In this document: piece after piece, positions 1 to 9,814 of the stretch | How the letters are laid out: the number at the start of each line of letters is the position of its first letter | Position numbering within the stretch: position 1 is the stretch's first letter | From: a virus | Virus record (IMG/VR): IMGVR_UViG_3300046171_000173 | Span: 15,594 to 79,593 of that record | Direction: 5' to 3' (one strand) | DNA length: 64,000 nt | The notes under the pieces: model-generated | What the model saw: only the letters and a program-made list of their open reading frames with translations | What the model was told of the DNA's origin: nothing | The model's database searches: none | Position numbers and translations under genes: made by a program

Positions 1-441
1 CCTGCCCCACCCACTACTGCAAGATCAGGTAATTGATAAACTGCAGCAGCCCTTAAGTAGTTTCTCTAATGAATTACTATCAAGTTGGAAACATGCATCT
101 TGAGATGGTAGAGATATCTCCTTCTCAGGTGGTGCAATAATAACTTGTGGATCTGCAAAGAAATATTTAACTTTTCTTCTTCCTTCACGAATCGTAAGAT
201 GAGTCTCCTCAGAAAAATCTAGGTCTGGATCTTGATGTAAACTCAATCCATTTAGAAACTGATTCAGATCATATATTGCAACATCTCTTGGGAAGTCTTC
301 TGGTATCTCTGCTTCAGCAAGAATATTCTTTGCAACAGATATCGTGCGAAGTTGATTACCTTTCTTCACAAGAATTGAATTATTAATTCCTGCAAAATTC
401 TTAAGGATACCTAAAGTGTTGTCACTCAAATTCATTGTCAT
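1..441 (-). CDS. gp45: Sliding clamp (T4 gp45-like); runs off the window start; apparent +1 indel near nt 51
   Basis: MNLSDNTLGILKNFAGINNSILVKKG...IYDLNQFL is typical of T4-like gp45. After removing one G the reading continues AAAVYQLPDLAVVG. Confidence 0.9.
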
Positions 442-446
442 AATTG

Positions 447-1052
447 TTAAGGCATTTGTTCAAAATTTCCTGATGGCATTGATGGTTCGCCATAGTGATT
501 ATCGAAGTGTAATAATAGCATAGCATAATGTATCACTTTCATCAAGTCCTTCTTATTCTTTCCGTCTTTGTTTCCATATCTACTTCCATACTTAAGTATG
601 TTTGCTTGACAGAATCCAGCTGCAAGTTCCTTTGATGCCATGAGATCGATTGTTTGAACATTGCGAAACTCATGAGACTTACCTGTGTAATGTCCTTTAT
701 ATGTTTGAGATACATATTCCTCAATGTCTTTTAGAATTTCTTCTTCGTGATATTTGAAATAATGTGCCATGTTTTTGTTGTCTAATTCCTTTAATTGTTC
801 TTGATGAAACTGTCTTGTCCACCCATCATTATATGATGAGTTTGCATTTGTAAAATGATGTGCTCGTTGATCGTCTATATCTGCCATGTATTTGTCATAG
901 TAGTTGTTTTCATAATCAAGACCATCATCTTCATAAGCAGTATTACCTGCTCCGACTTTAGTGTCGATAATCGGATACTCTTCGTCCATAGTTCCGTTCA
1001 AAGCCTCCCACGCTAAACTCCATGCATTAACCATATGTGAAAAGAAATTCAT
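447..1052 (-). CDS. Conserved phage protein with C-terminal DUF3310 / T7 gp1.7-like domain (probable start ~1034)
   Basis: HY...VQTIDL...GFCQANILKYGSRYGNKDGKNKKDLMKVIHY motif. Confidence 0.6.
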   Translation of the reverse strand: MNFFSHMVNAWSLAWEALNGTMDEEYPIIDTKVGAGNTAYEDDGLDYENNYYDKYMADIDDQRAHHFTNANSSYNDGWTRQFHQEQLKELDNKNMAHYFKYHEEEILKDIEEYVSQTYKGHYTGKSHEFRNVQTIDLMASKELAAGFCQANILKYGSRYGNKDGKNKKDLMKVIHYAMLLLHFDNHYGEPSMPSGNFEQMP

Positions 1053-1644
1053 TTACAAGACTCTCTGCTTTTTCTTTACCAAACTTACCACTCAGATATC
1101 CTGATACTGGATCAAGTTTAGTCATGTAAGCATCAAAGTCTTTATAGACACTAGTGTCTTCACCAGTGGGTTTCTCTAATTCTAACATCTCTTTATACTT
1201 TGTCAAGTAGGTTTGGAACATATCTAAATGTTCGTCCACCTCATCCATTGTACATTTGGCAATATAAACATTCTCAGAGAAATGATTTCCGGGTTCAAAG
1301 AACCGATAATCACCTTGACTCTTGGGTAAACCATCTACTGAAAACAAATGGTTCTCTACAGGATGTTGGAAGTCAAAGACAATAATGACCTTCTTGTCAA
1401 AGAATCCCATAAGATCCATACCAAAACATGGAAGATTACTGCCTGTTTTAGGATAGATGATGTTGTTGTATATGCTAGACTTTTCATTCCAAATCTCCAC
1501 TACTCTTGACTTGATTATGAAATCATGTTCATAGACTTTCGCAGAAAGCACAGTACCCTTGGCCTCCCAATCTGCCCAAGGATGAGCAAACTGGAGATCA
1601 AAGGTATCATGTAATGCTTTCTTGTAGTTACCCCACAGATTCAT
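1027..1644 (-). CDS. pebS: Phycoerythrobilin synthase (ferredoxin-dependent bilin reductase)
   Basis: IYPKTGSNLPCFGMDLMGFFDKKVIIVFDFQHP, YRFFEPGNHFS and MTKLDPV match cyanophage PebS, including both catalytic Asp motifs (MDL, LDP). Confidence 0.93.
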   Translation of the reverse strand: MNLWGNYKKALHDTFDLQFAHPWADWEAKGTVLSAKVYEHDFIIKSRVVEIWNEKSSIYNNIIYPKTGSNLPCFGMDLMGFFDKKVIIVFDFQHPVENHLFSVDGLPKSQGDYRFFEPGNHFSENVYIAKCTMDEVDEHLDMFQTYLTKYKEMLELEKPTGEDTSVYKDFDAYMTKLDPVSGYLSGKFGKEKAESLVNEFLFTYG

Positions 1645-2767
1645 CGGACTCCTTGTCGAAATCTACATCTGCATCTACTTTATCATACAATTCCATAAAT
1701 GACTGTTTTGTTTCATCATCGAAACGATTAACACAGTTTTGAATCGCTTTTGCTTTATCTTTAAAGATAGAGTATGCACGAATGATATGAACAAGTCTAC
1801 GAGTACTTACGATCTCTTCGATACCACCATCATAAAATGTACGACGGATGATGTCTGCCCAGTCTACAAGTTTCTTAATGAATCCATCATCATGAACACC
1901 AACACTTGCAGAGTGAAGACGCAACATCTTCTCTTCAATCTTAACATGAGGATATGATTGCTCAAAGGTCACAGGGAATCTCTCAAGGAATGCTTCGTTC
2001 AATACATTAGTACCGATGAATCTACCATCCTCAGATCCTTTACCTTTGGTGTTTGCAGTAGCAATGATATTGAATCCTGCAGCAGGTTTTACCCACTTTC
2101 CTATCTTCTTCAAGAAGACACCTTTGCCCTCAAGAATAGATTGTAAACATAGATCTTGTTAGATGCTAGATCGATCTCATCTAGAAGGAGTACAGCTCTC
2201 CCCTCTCCAAAGATTCGATAACTGGGCCCATTGTGCCACACAGTATTGCCATCAACAAGACGAAACCCACCAATAAGATCGTCTTCATCTGTTTCTATCG
2301 TGATATTCACGCGAATTAACTCTCTATTTAGTTGGGCACATGCCTGTTCAACAGAGAATGTTTTACCGTTACCTGACAATCCAGTGATGAATGTAGGATA
2401 GAATAACTTGGACTGAATAATCTTTTTGACATCAGCAAATGGGCCAAACTTTACAAATGTCTCATCCTTCATAGGGACTAAGTTTTGTGCAAGTGGTGCT
2501 ACAACTGCAGGTGCTGCTGCAGGGTGCTACAAATGCTGCTTCAATCTCTTCTACTACTTGTTGTGTAACTTCAAGATTCCACTTACCTTTTGTTACTTTA
2601 AATTCTTTCAGTTTCTTAGTAACTGTCTGATATGTAATATCATTCATTGCACACCATGCACGAACTTCTGGTGTGGTAAACTCTGAACCATATTGAGATC
2701 TTAGACCATCAATAATTTCTTCACGAGTCATTTTGATTTCAAAAGGGACGAATGTTTTTTTTGTCAT
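1628..2767 (-). CDS. cobS: CobS-like / MoxR-type AAA+ ATPase, split into 3 ORFs by indels
   Basis: Walker A GLSGNGKT, DEDDLIGGFRL, Walker B LLLDEID, ATANTKGKG, NEAFLERF and STRRL across ORFs 2462-2767, 2110-2472 and 1628-2113. Confidence 0.9.
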
Positions 2768-2769
2768 GA

Positions 2770-2853
2770 TAAAGGGGTTTCTTTGTTATGTACTTATTAT
2801 AGTCGATAACAACACCCTTACAACAAAAAGTGGACAGTTTGTTGACTGTCCAC
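2770..2853 (-). promoter_or_regulatory. Early promoter cassette upstream of cobS
   Basis: Perfect palindrome GTGGACAGT-N6-ACTGTCCAC (2830-2853), TATAAT (2796-2801) and CCCC tract (2774-2777). Confidence 0.8.
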
Positions 2854-2859
2854 TATTTA

Positions 2860-5055
2860 TTAAGCAACCATCTCAATAAACTTACTCAGAATCTTTTTAT
2901 TCATCTTCTTATTCTTAAGACTTTTCTTAAATGCACTTCTGATCTGAGACTTAGTTGCATCTTCTTGAACCTCGAACTCAGACTCATTTCCAAGTGCCGA
3001 TGCAGATATTCCAAGATATACTCTGTAACCCACATCTTCCATGATAAGAGTCCTAGTTCTTTTCCATGATTCTAGAAGTTTCTCAACTTTAGGATCGTTG
3101 TAATCATCACTATTCTGTTGAATAAAGTACTTAGCATCTCTACCTTCCATAACTCGAATACCAACAAAATTTACATTTGGCAATTCATCTGAAATGTTAC
3201 GAAGTAACATCTTAGTGTAATCATGATACTGATATCCACAGTTATATGTCTTACCAGTTTTACGATTACGAAGAACACATCCGTCATTGAAACTACCTTT
3301 ACCAAAGTAAGATTCACCCATAAGAGATCTATGAATTGTTCTATGATATTCAAGTTGATATCCTTCACCGTCAGTTAGAATTACACAGTTTACTTTCTCG
3401 ACTTTATTGTTTGCCTTGAACTGAGGAATAAGTTTATGTAAAGCCACGATTGTTTCATTCAATGGTGTTCCAGATAATGACATTCCGTAAGGTGTCACAT
3501 CTCTACCATGATAGTTTCTCATTGAATTTACAATACGAAATACATTGTATAGTTGATCATTGAGTTCTCTTGCACGAACTTTACTTGAGAAAAGATTCAT
3601 CAAAGAAAACTTACTATCAATATGTACCATATTATCTTTTGCATCATATAACTCAGGAAAATTATTGAACTCGTCAGTATTTGGAAAACATGTAGTGAAG
3701 GCATAAACTTCAAATGGGATTTGAACTTTCTTACAGAACCAAATTAGATTGTATAACTGCTTGATAGTGTCCATCATTACATTTGCCATTGAACCAGACC
3801 AATCAAGTATGAATACGAGGCCATGATTCTTACCTTCTGGAATCACAGATACCTTTTTGAATAAGTCTTCGTTGTACTTATAAGTATGTAACTTAGTTGT
3901 ATCAAGAATACCAGTACGACTTACGGTAGCACGAGCATATGCAGATGCAGACTTCTTACACTCAAACTCTTTGACAAGATAGTTGACTTCCTTTTGTGCA
4001 GACTTCTTGAACTTATTATAATCCTCTTCTGTGTCCTTTAAAAATTTGTCAAGAGAACTATCATATAAAGATCCTCTAAACATAGGGTCATATGAATTAA
4101 ATCTATCAGATTCTTTTTTTAGTTGTTCAGCAACATCAATCATCTTTTCTGCACAAAGTTCATGTATCTTTTTGTTTGAGATAATAACTTTGTCAATATC
4201 AAGATCAGGCAACTCAAGATATACATTCTCTCTGCTACCTTCGTTTGTAAGATTCTTAAGTGACTCTTCAAGACTCTCAACTGTCTCTGCAGATACTTCT
4301 TCAACACCAGTATGTCCACCTACATGATTATCAACTTTGATCTCAGTCTCTTCCTGTATTTCACCATCGTCATCTGCATCCTCATCAGATTCATCTGATT
4401 GATTCATTGGTATTTCCATACCTTCACCATCTTCATCACCATCACCATTCATTTCAATATCAAAATCCATATCAAGATCTTCTACCTTCTCCTGATCCTT
4501 TCTCTTCTCTTCTGAAAGACAGTAATCATATAATGCTTTAGCAGCCTTAAGTGCATCTTCAAATGTTTCACATAAATCAATCTTGTTTACAAAGAACATC
4601 TCATCAGAACTAAATGGAATATCATAGTAAGTACCAATCTTATAGTGTAGATTCACACGGTCAGCAAGCATCATCTCAGATATGTTTTTCTTCTTGACTT
4701 GAAAGAAATCATCATTGTGCAACTCAGTGTATCCTTTATAGAATGTCTTTGAGATACCATCATATCTTCTCTTCATCAACTTCTCAATACGAGCATCTTC
4801 AACTATGTTTACAAAACTTGGATGTACATCATATTCTTTCCACCACTCTTCATCGGGTGTATATAATGCATGACCAACCTCATGACTTACAAGCATATCA
4901 ATCACATTCTCAGATGCCTTATCCCAAAGTGGTAGAGTCAATACTCTTGTCTGTACATTGAATTGTGCAGTCTCTACTTTCTTATGCTCAACAACCAAGT
5001 CTTCTGTAGCAAGTAGTCTAGCAAGTTGTGATTTGATTTCGTGTCTGATGGTCAT
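2860..5055 (-). CDS. CobT-like vWA protein with N-terminal HExxH metallopeptidase-like domain and acidic linker
   Basis: HEVGH...NIVEDARIE; MIDAS DWSGS; GTPLNE; LTDG; adjacent to cobS. Confidence 0.85.
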   Translation of the reverse strand: MTIRHEIKSQLARLLATEDLVVEHKKVETAQFNVQTRVLTLPLWDKASENVIDMLVSHEVGHALYTPDEEWWKEYDVHPSFVNIVEDARIEKLMKRRYDGISKTFYKGYTELHNDDFFQVKKKNISEMMLADRVNLHYKIGTYYDIPFSSDEMFFVNKIDLCETFEDALKAAKALYDYCLSEEKRKDQEKVEDLDMDFDIEMNGDGDEDGEGMEIPMNQSDESDEDADDDGEIQEETEIKVDNHVGGHTGVEEVSAETVESLEESLKNLTNEGSRENVYLELPDLDIDKVIISNKKIHELCAEKMIDVAEQLKKESDRFNSYDPMFRGSLYDSSLDKFLKDTEEDYNKFKKSAQKEVNYLVKEFECKKSASAYARATVSRTGILDTTKLHTYKYNEDLFKKVSVIPEGKNHGLVFILDWSGSMANVMMDTIKQLYNLIWFCKKVQIPFEVYAFTTCFPNTDEFNNFPELYDAKDNMVHIDSKFSLMNLFSSKVRARELNDQLYNVFRIVNSMRNYHGRDVTPYGMSLSGTPLNETIVALHKLIPQFKANNKVEKVNCVILTDGEGYQLEYHRTIHRSLMGESYFGKGSFNDGCVLRNRKTGKTYNCGYQYHDYTKMLLRNISDELPNVNFVGIRVMEGRDAKYFIQQNSDDYNDPKVEKLLESWKRTRTLIMEDVGYRVYLGISASALGNESEFEVQEDATKSQIRSAFKKSLKNKKMNKKILSKFIEMVA

Positions 5056-5137
5056 GGGGTTTCTTATCTGATATACCTATAATAACAACAAAACCGCCCC
5101 CTGAGACGGTTAAGTGGACACTTTGTCAACTGTCTAT
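5056..5137 (-). promoter_or_regulatory. Early promoter cassette upstream of the vWA gene
   Basis: Imperfect palindrome 5114-5137, GC hairpin ~5092-5111, TATTAT 5079-5084, CCCC immediately before the ATG. Confidence 0.7.
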
Positions 5138-5140
5138 ATG

Positions 5141-5443
5141 TTAATCCCTTTGCCTCCAATCGTCTGATCGTTTATCATTTCGGAACCAATCTGCTATATC
5201 ATCAGCTCCACCGAAACCCTTTTTATGTTTCCTTGGATCCGAGTCTCCTATATCCAAGTACTTAAGAAAAGTTGAGTCATCATCCGTTTTTAATCTTCTT
5301 GCCGAACTTAACATTCCTCTTGCTGATGTGTTTGCCTTTGATAATTTCTCTGCCCATATCATATCTTCCAAGTTTACTTCTTGTCCTGCTGCGATTGCTT
5401 TGCAGATTCCTTCTAGTCTTAAACGGTATTGAGTGGATAGCAT
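5141..5443 (-). CDS. Conserved cyanophage hypothetical protein
   Basis: MLSTQYRLRLEGIC...DWRQRD; intact 100 aa ORF co-oriented with neighbours. Confidence 0.75.
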   Translation of the reverse strand: MLSTQYRLRLEGICKAIAAGQEVNLEDMIWAEKLSKANTSARGMLSSARRLKTDDDSTFLKYLDIGDSDPRKHKKGFGGADDIADWFRNDKRSDDWRQRD

Positions 5444-5451
5444 AGATCAGT

Positions 5452-6162
5452 TTATATGTCCAAAATATTTATTGTTGGTCTCCAACCAAGTTCTTTTAAT
5501 TTCGTGATATCCGCACATGTAGTGTCTCTTTCACCCGGAGTTTCCTCTTTTATGGGTAAATATCCCATACCCATCTTAGTTGCAAGATCAATAACTGCTA
5601 CAGGATTAGCAGTTCCTACATCTAGTACTCCAGTATAATCATTTTCTGCAAGAAGTGCAATTGCAGATACAATATCCTTGACATGTATCCAATCTCTCTT
5701 ATGTCTTGTGAGATATGTAGCAGTCTTGTCCTCTAGCATCCGATATAACATATCTGGACGACTTACCTTTTCTGCATACACATTAAAGAATCTCATGCCT
5801 ACACTATTTGGTGGTGCTTGGATTTCATTTACTTTCTTTGTAATACCATATGCATTGATCCACCATTCATATACAGATGCAGAACTTGCATATAAACATC
5901 TTACATTATTCTTCCTACAATACTCAAATATAGGAATTGATTTGGTAACATTGTTTTCCCAAAATGCGTCAGGATTTTCAATGGCCTCACGAATTGCAGC
6001 ATTCGCTGCAAGGTGTACCACCAAATCATATTTCTTATCTGTTTTAAAATCACCAAGATCATGTGGAATATCATAACCATCAACCTGATGTCCTTGTTGT
6101 ATAAAATATTCATACACATGACTTCCAATAAAACCAAGATGTCCAGTAACTAAGATCTTCAT
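5452..6162 (-). CDS. NAD-dependent nucleotide-sugar epimerase/dehydratase (extended SDR)
   Basis: TGHLGFIG, HLAA, YASSASVY, YGITK (YxxxK), RFFNVY, RDWIHV. Confidence 0.9.
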   Translation of the reverse strand: MKILVTGHLGFIGSHVYEYFIQQGHQVDGYDIPHDLGDFKTDKKYDLVVHLAANAAIREAIENPDAFWENNVTKSIPIFEYCRKNNVRCLYASSASVYEWWINAYGITKKVNEIQAPPNSVGMRFFNVYAEKVSRPDMLYRMLEDKTATYLTRHKRDWIHVKDIVSAIALLAENDYTGVLDVGTANPVAVIDLATKMGMGYLPIKEETPGERDTTCADITKLKELGWRPTINILDI

Positions 6163-7871
6163 GTAATCCTCCGACTAAATCCACGAACTTTATCAAACTT
6201 CATAAGATTATCAAACTTATCATGTAAGTCTGACTTATGAGATATAACAAATATATTAGCATCTTTAATGATGAATCGAATAATCTTCATAAATTCATCA
6301 ACACCAAATCCATCAAGAGAACTATCAAATACCTCATCCATAATTAATAGATTAGTATTTACAGAGTTCTTAACTCTTGCTACCTCTCTCCATGTAAATA
6401 AAAGTGCTAAGTCAATTCTCATCTTCTCACCTTCACTAAATGAAGCATAAGAAAAATCTTCATGTATTGGTGACTCTACCGTTTCATTAAACTCTTCGTC
6501 CAACTTAAAGTTGATATAGAAATCCATCATCTGCAGATAACGATTAACCTGCTGATTGATAAGCGGTAGATATTTTCGTATTATCTTAGTCTTGACTCCA
6601 TCATCTTTAAGTAAGGAATATGCAAAGTCGTGATGAACTATATCCTGATTTCTTTCAGAAAGTTTTTCATCAGTTGTCTTGAGACTAGTCTTAAACTCTT
6701 CTAACTTCTCATGCTCAGTATTTCTGTTTTTAAACTGCTCGGTAATCGTTTGAATTTCTGATTCAAGTTCTCTAATCTGTTTTTGGTTGATAGAGATGTG
6801 AGTATTGTTTTTAGAAATGCCATTATTGAGTTTAGAAATCTCCTTTGTTAGTTTGACAAACTGACGCTCTTTTTCTTTTTCTTCTTCGATTGTTTTCTCT
6901 AAGTCTTCAAAACCTTTCTTAAGTTTCTTAGCCTCAGATTGAGCATCTTCAATCTTATTTAAGCGAAAGTCTTCTTCTATATGCTGTGTACAGGTAGGAC
7001 AAACCGTATTCTCTTTGAAAAACTTATGTTCTTTGGTAATGGTAGATACCTTATTTGATATCTGTCCTTTAAAATTGTTCAGTTTGGACAGTTTCTTGTC
7101 AGCACCTACAAACTTTTCTTGACTCTTAGTAAGATCAGTAACTTGATTTTCTAAGTCACTATTGACCAAAACATAATTATCTGATTCAGATATTAAAGTG
7201 TCTATCTTCCTTTTATTTGAGTTGATGCTGTTTTTACTTTGATTTTCAAGTTCTTTAATAAACTTATCTTGCATTTTAATTTTATCATCTAAGTTCTCTT
7301 TCTTTAAACTTAATGATCTAACCTGTTCTTTTTGTATTCTTAGTTTATCTTTCAGTAAATTATTCATAAAAGAAAAGATACGAATATCAAGCAGATCTTC
7401 AATGACATCACGACGAACTGAACTTGACAGTTGCATAAAAGGCACAAAGGTACTACTTCCGAGTATGACTATCTGTGTAAATGATCTATAATTTACTTTG
7501 AGTATATTATCTTCTAATATTTTTTGATTTGATCGATCGTCAGCCTGTCGATGTAAAGGTTCTCCATTGACTTCAATATCAAATATATTTGGTTTGATGC
7601 CTCTTCGGACTACATATTCTCTTGCGTTTACATCAAACTCTAGTTCAACTAAGCAATCTCTTTCATTGACTGTGTTAAGTAATTGTAATTTATTAATCTT
7701 ACGAAATGGTTTGTTGAATAAAACAAAGGTCAGTGCATCTAACAAAGTGCTCTTTCCTGAACCATTGTGACCAATTATTAAGTTTGTATTCTTTTCAAGG
7801 AAGTCAATCTCTGTCCAGTGGTCTCCTGTTGACAGAAAGTTCTTCCATTTAATCTTCTTGAACTTTATCAT
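6159..7871 (-). CDS. gp46: Recombination endonuclease ATPase subunit (gp46, Rad50/SbcC-like)
   Basis: GHNGSGKST, CPTC zinc hook, FSEGEKMRIDL, LIMDEVFD. Confidence 0.96.
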   Translation of the reverse strand: MIKFKKIKWKNFLSTGDHWTEIDFLEKNTNLIIGHNGSGKSTLLDALTFVLFNKPFRKINKLQLLNTVNERDCLVELEFDVNAREYVVRRGIKPNIFDIEVNGEPLHRQADDRSNQKILEDNILKVNYRSFTQIVILGSSTFVPFMQLSSSVRRDVIEDLLDIRIFSFMNNLLKDKLRIQKEQVRSLSLKKENLDDKIKMQDKFIKELENQSKNSINSNKRKIDTLISESDNYVLVNSDLENQVTDLTKSQEKFVGADKKLSKLNNFKGQISNKVSTITKEHKFFKENTVCPTCTQHIEEDFRLNKIEDAQSEAKKLKKGFEDLEKTIEEEKEKERQFVKLTKEISKLNNGISKNNTHISINQKQIRELESEIQTITEQFKNRNTEHEKLEEFKTSLKTTDEKLSERNQDIVHHDFAYSLLKDDGVKTKIIRKYLPLINQQVNRYLQMMDFYINFKLDEEFNETVESPIHEDFSYASFSEGEKMRIDLALLFTWREVARVKNSVNTNLLIMDEVFDSSLDGFGVDEFMKIIRFIIKDANIFVISHKSDLHDKFDNLMKFDKVRGFSRRIT

Positions 7872-8133
7872 TATTAGTTGGAATCACAAGGTCATCGGGT
7901 GTGATGACAGCATACTTATAATTATACATGCTACAGGTCTTTATGGCAAGGTCATCATCAACTTCGATGATATCCATTTTACGATCTGCATCAATTTCTA
8001 AATCTTGTAGCATCAATTTATATCTTTCAGCATCATCCTCTTCTTCAAATAGAAAGAGAACTTTATCACCATTCGAGTCTTGAACAGCAAAAGCACCATC
8101 ATCTCTACGGTGTTTGAGTGAAAGAAGGAACAT
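7849..8133 (-). CDS. Conserved hypothetical protein between gp47 and gp46
   Basis: VLFLFEEEDDAERY motif; translationally coupled to both neighbours. Confidence 0.7.
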   Translation of the reverse strand: MFLLSLKHRRDDGAFAVQDSNGDKVLFLFEEEDDAERYKLMLQDLEIDADRKMDIIEVDDDLAIKTCSMYNYKYAVITPDDLVIPTNNDKVQED

Positions 8134-9167
8134 TATTCTACCTCGCAGGCTTGTCTGTACAGATCACGAAAAATGTTTTTTACAATTCCTTTGTCAAACT
8201 CAATCTCAGATTCATCAATATAACGGTTTAAAATTGAAATTGTATTTTCATCTTCTTCAATATCGAAGTCTTGATTTTCAATAATTGCAAAGTTTTCAAC
8301 AATTTTTAAATCATGAACTCCTGAACGATATAACTTATCGATAAATTTTTGGAATTCTTTTGGATCTGATTTCTTACGAACAATAACTTTTACAATTTTA
8401 TTTTGATATTCAGTTGTATTAAACAACTTATGATTAGTATCTTCATAATATACATTATAAAACAATTTATAAGGATTGTTAATTGGAGTATGTTCTAAAG
8501 TATCAGTATCAAACAATGTAAACCCTCTAGGATCATTTACATCATTCCAAAACATCTCATATGGATTACCTAGATAATGTATTTTACCGTCACTCGAACG
8601 AGTATGAAAGTGTCCTGAAAATACATCGTCAAACTTATCAAAGACCTTAACATCCATACCATCTTCCATCATATGACCGCGAGTTGCCTTAAATCCATTT
8701 AACTCAAGATGTCCCATTGCAATCTTAGATTTGGAATTTTGAATTGCTTCAAGACTTTCATCATGATTATCAACACTTATCCAAGGTAAAAGAAGAATAT
8801 TTAATCCATCAATATTAATATCAGTTGCCTTTGAATATGTTGTTATGTTATCATAATCAGTTAATAATAACTCAGGTGAATTTATTTCGTTTGTATTTTT
8901 GTAGTAACAGTCATGGTTTCCAGTGATTGCATGAACCTTATATTTCTTCATTGGTTCAAATACAACTCTCTTGGCCCACTCTAGACTATAGTAATCAATC
9001 GACTTTCGACTATCAAATACATCACCCATATGGATAATAGTATCAATTCCTTCTGCTTCCAACGAGGGGAAAAATACATTCTTGTAAAATAATTCAAAAT
9101 AGTCATGTAAAAGTTTTGATCCCTTACGAGCACCGTAATGAGTATCTGTTATAATAGCAACTCTCAT
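8133..9167 (-). CDS. gp47: Recombination endonuclease nuclease subunit (gp47, Mre11/SbcD-like)
   Basis: DTH, GDVFD, GNHD, GHFH metallophosphoesterase motifs. Confidence 0.96.
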   Translation of the reverse strand: MRVAIITDTHYGARKGSKLLHDYFELFYKNVFFPSLEAEGIDTIIHMGDVFDSRKSIDYYSLEWAKRVVFEPMKKYKVHAITGNHDCYYKNTNEINSPELLLTDYDNITTYSKATDINIDGLNILLLPWISVDNHDESLEAIQNSKSKIAMGHLELNGFKATRGHMMEDGMDVKVFDKFDDVFSGHFHTRSSDGKIHYLGNPYEMFWNDVNDPRGFTLFDTDTLEHTPINNPYKLFYNVYYEDTNHKLFNTTEYQNKIVKVIVRKKSDPKEFQKFIDKLYRSGVHDLKIVENFAIIENQDFDIEEDENTISILNRYIDESEIEFDKGIVKNIFRDLYRQACEVE

Positions 9168-9640
9168 CTATTTTTCTTCTGTGCAATATTGTCCTTAATT
9201 GTATTATACTCAGACATTGCTCCTGTCAATGCTCCATCTTCAACTGTCATGACTTCATCAAATCCAGTCTTTTCAATAATCTTATTCTTAATATCTAATT
9301 GCTTCTTCTCCTTCTGTATGCGTCTTAGAAAGGCATAATGAATAATCTGTGTAAAGTATGCAAAAGGATTGCGAGACTTCTCTGGATCGAAATTATGAAT
9401 GTATTGTACACAGTTCTCAATACCATCAGATATCATATCATCACGAAACATGTAGTTTACAAAGTTTGGTTTATATGACAGGTGTGTTGCGATCTTTAGA
9501 AAACAGGATCCAAGGTAATTGGTAATTCTAGGCTTCGGTAGATCTTTCTCTTTTGCAATAGCAACTTTCTCTCGATAGACTATCAATGCCTCTAAGAGTT
9601 CTTTGTTATTTACATAGTGTTCAGACTTCTTTCTAGGCAT
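9164..9640 (-). CDS. gp55: Late transcription sigma factor
   Basis: HYVNNKEL...NPFAYFTQIIHYAFLRRIQKEKKQ. Confidence 0.96.
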   Translation of the reverse strand: MPRKKSEHYVNNKELLEALIVYREKVAIAKEKDLPKPRITNYLGSCFLKIATHLSYKPNFVNYMFRDDMISDGIENCVQYIHNFDPEKSRNPFAYFTQIIHYAFLRRIQKEKKQLDIKNKIIEKTGFDEVMTVEDGALTGAMSEYNTIKDNIAQKKNR

Positions 9641-9667
9641 GACATCTTAATTGTCTTAACTATATTC

Positions 9668-9697
9668 TATTATAGCATATTTATTTTGATTGACAAG
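9668..9697 (-). promoter_or_regulatory. gp55 promoter region: TTGTCA-N16-TATAAT (extended -10 TGCTATAAT) overlapping a late ATAAATA box
   Basis: Minus strand reads cttgtcaatcaaaataaatatgctataat. Confidence 0.6.
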
Positions 9698-9760
9698 TTT
9701 AGTGACAAGATGACAATTATTTCAGTTTTATGAGGTGACAAGGTGACAAACTTAACATAC

Positions 9761-9789
9761 TTGACAAGACCTTCAAATACATGTACAAT
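9761..9789 (+). promoter_or_regulatory. Near-consensus sigma70 promoter on the antisense strand
   Basis: TTGACA (9761-9766), 17 nt spacer, TACAAT (9784-9789). Confidence 0.6.
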
Positions 9790-9814
9790 AACCTTTGTGA
9801 GGTTTGAAGGGTAA

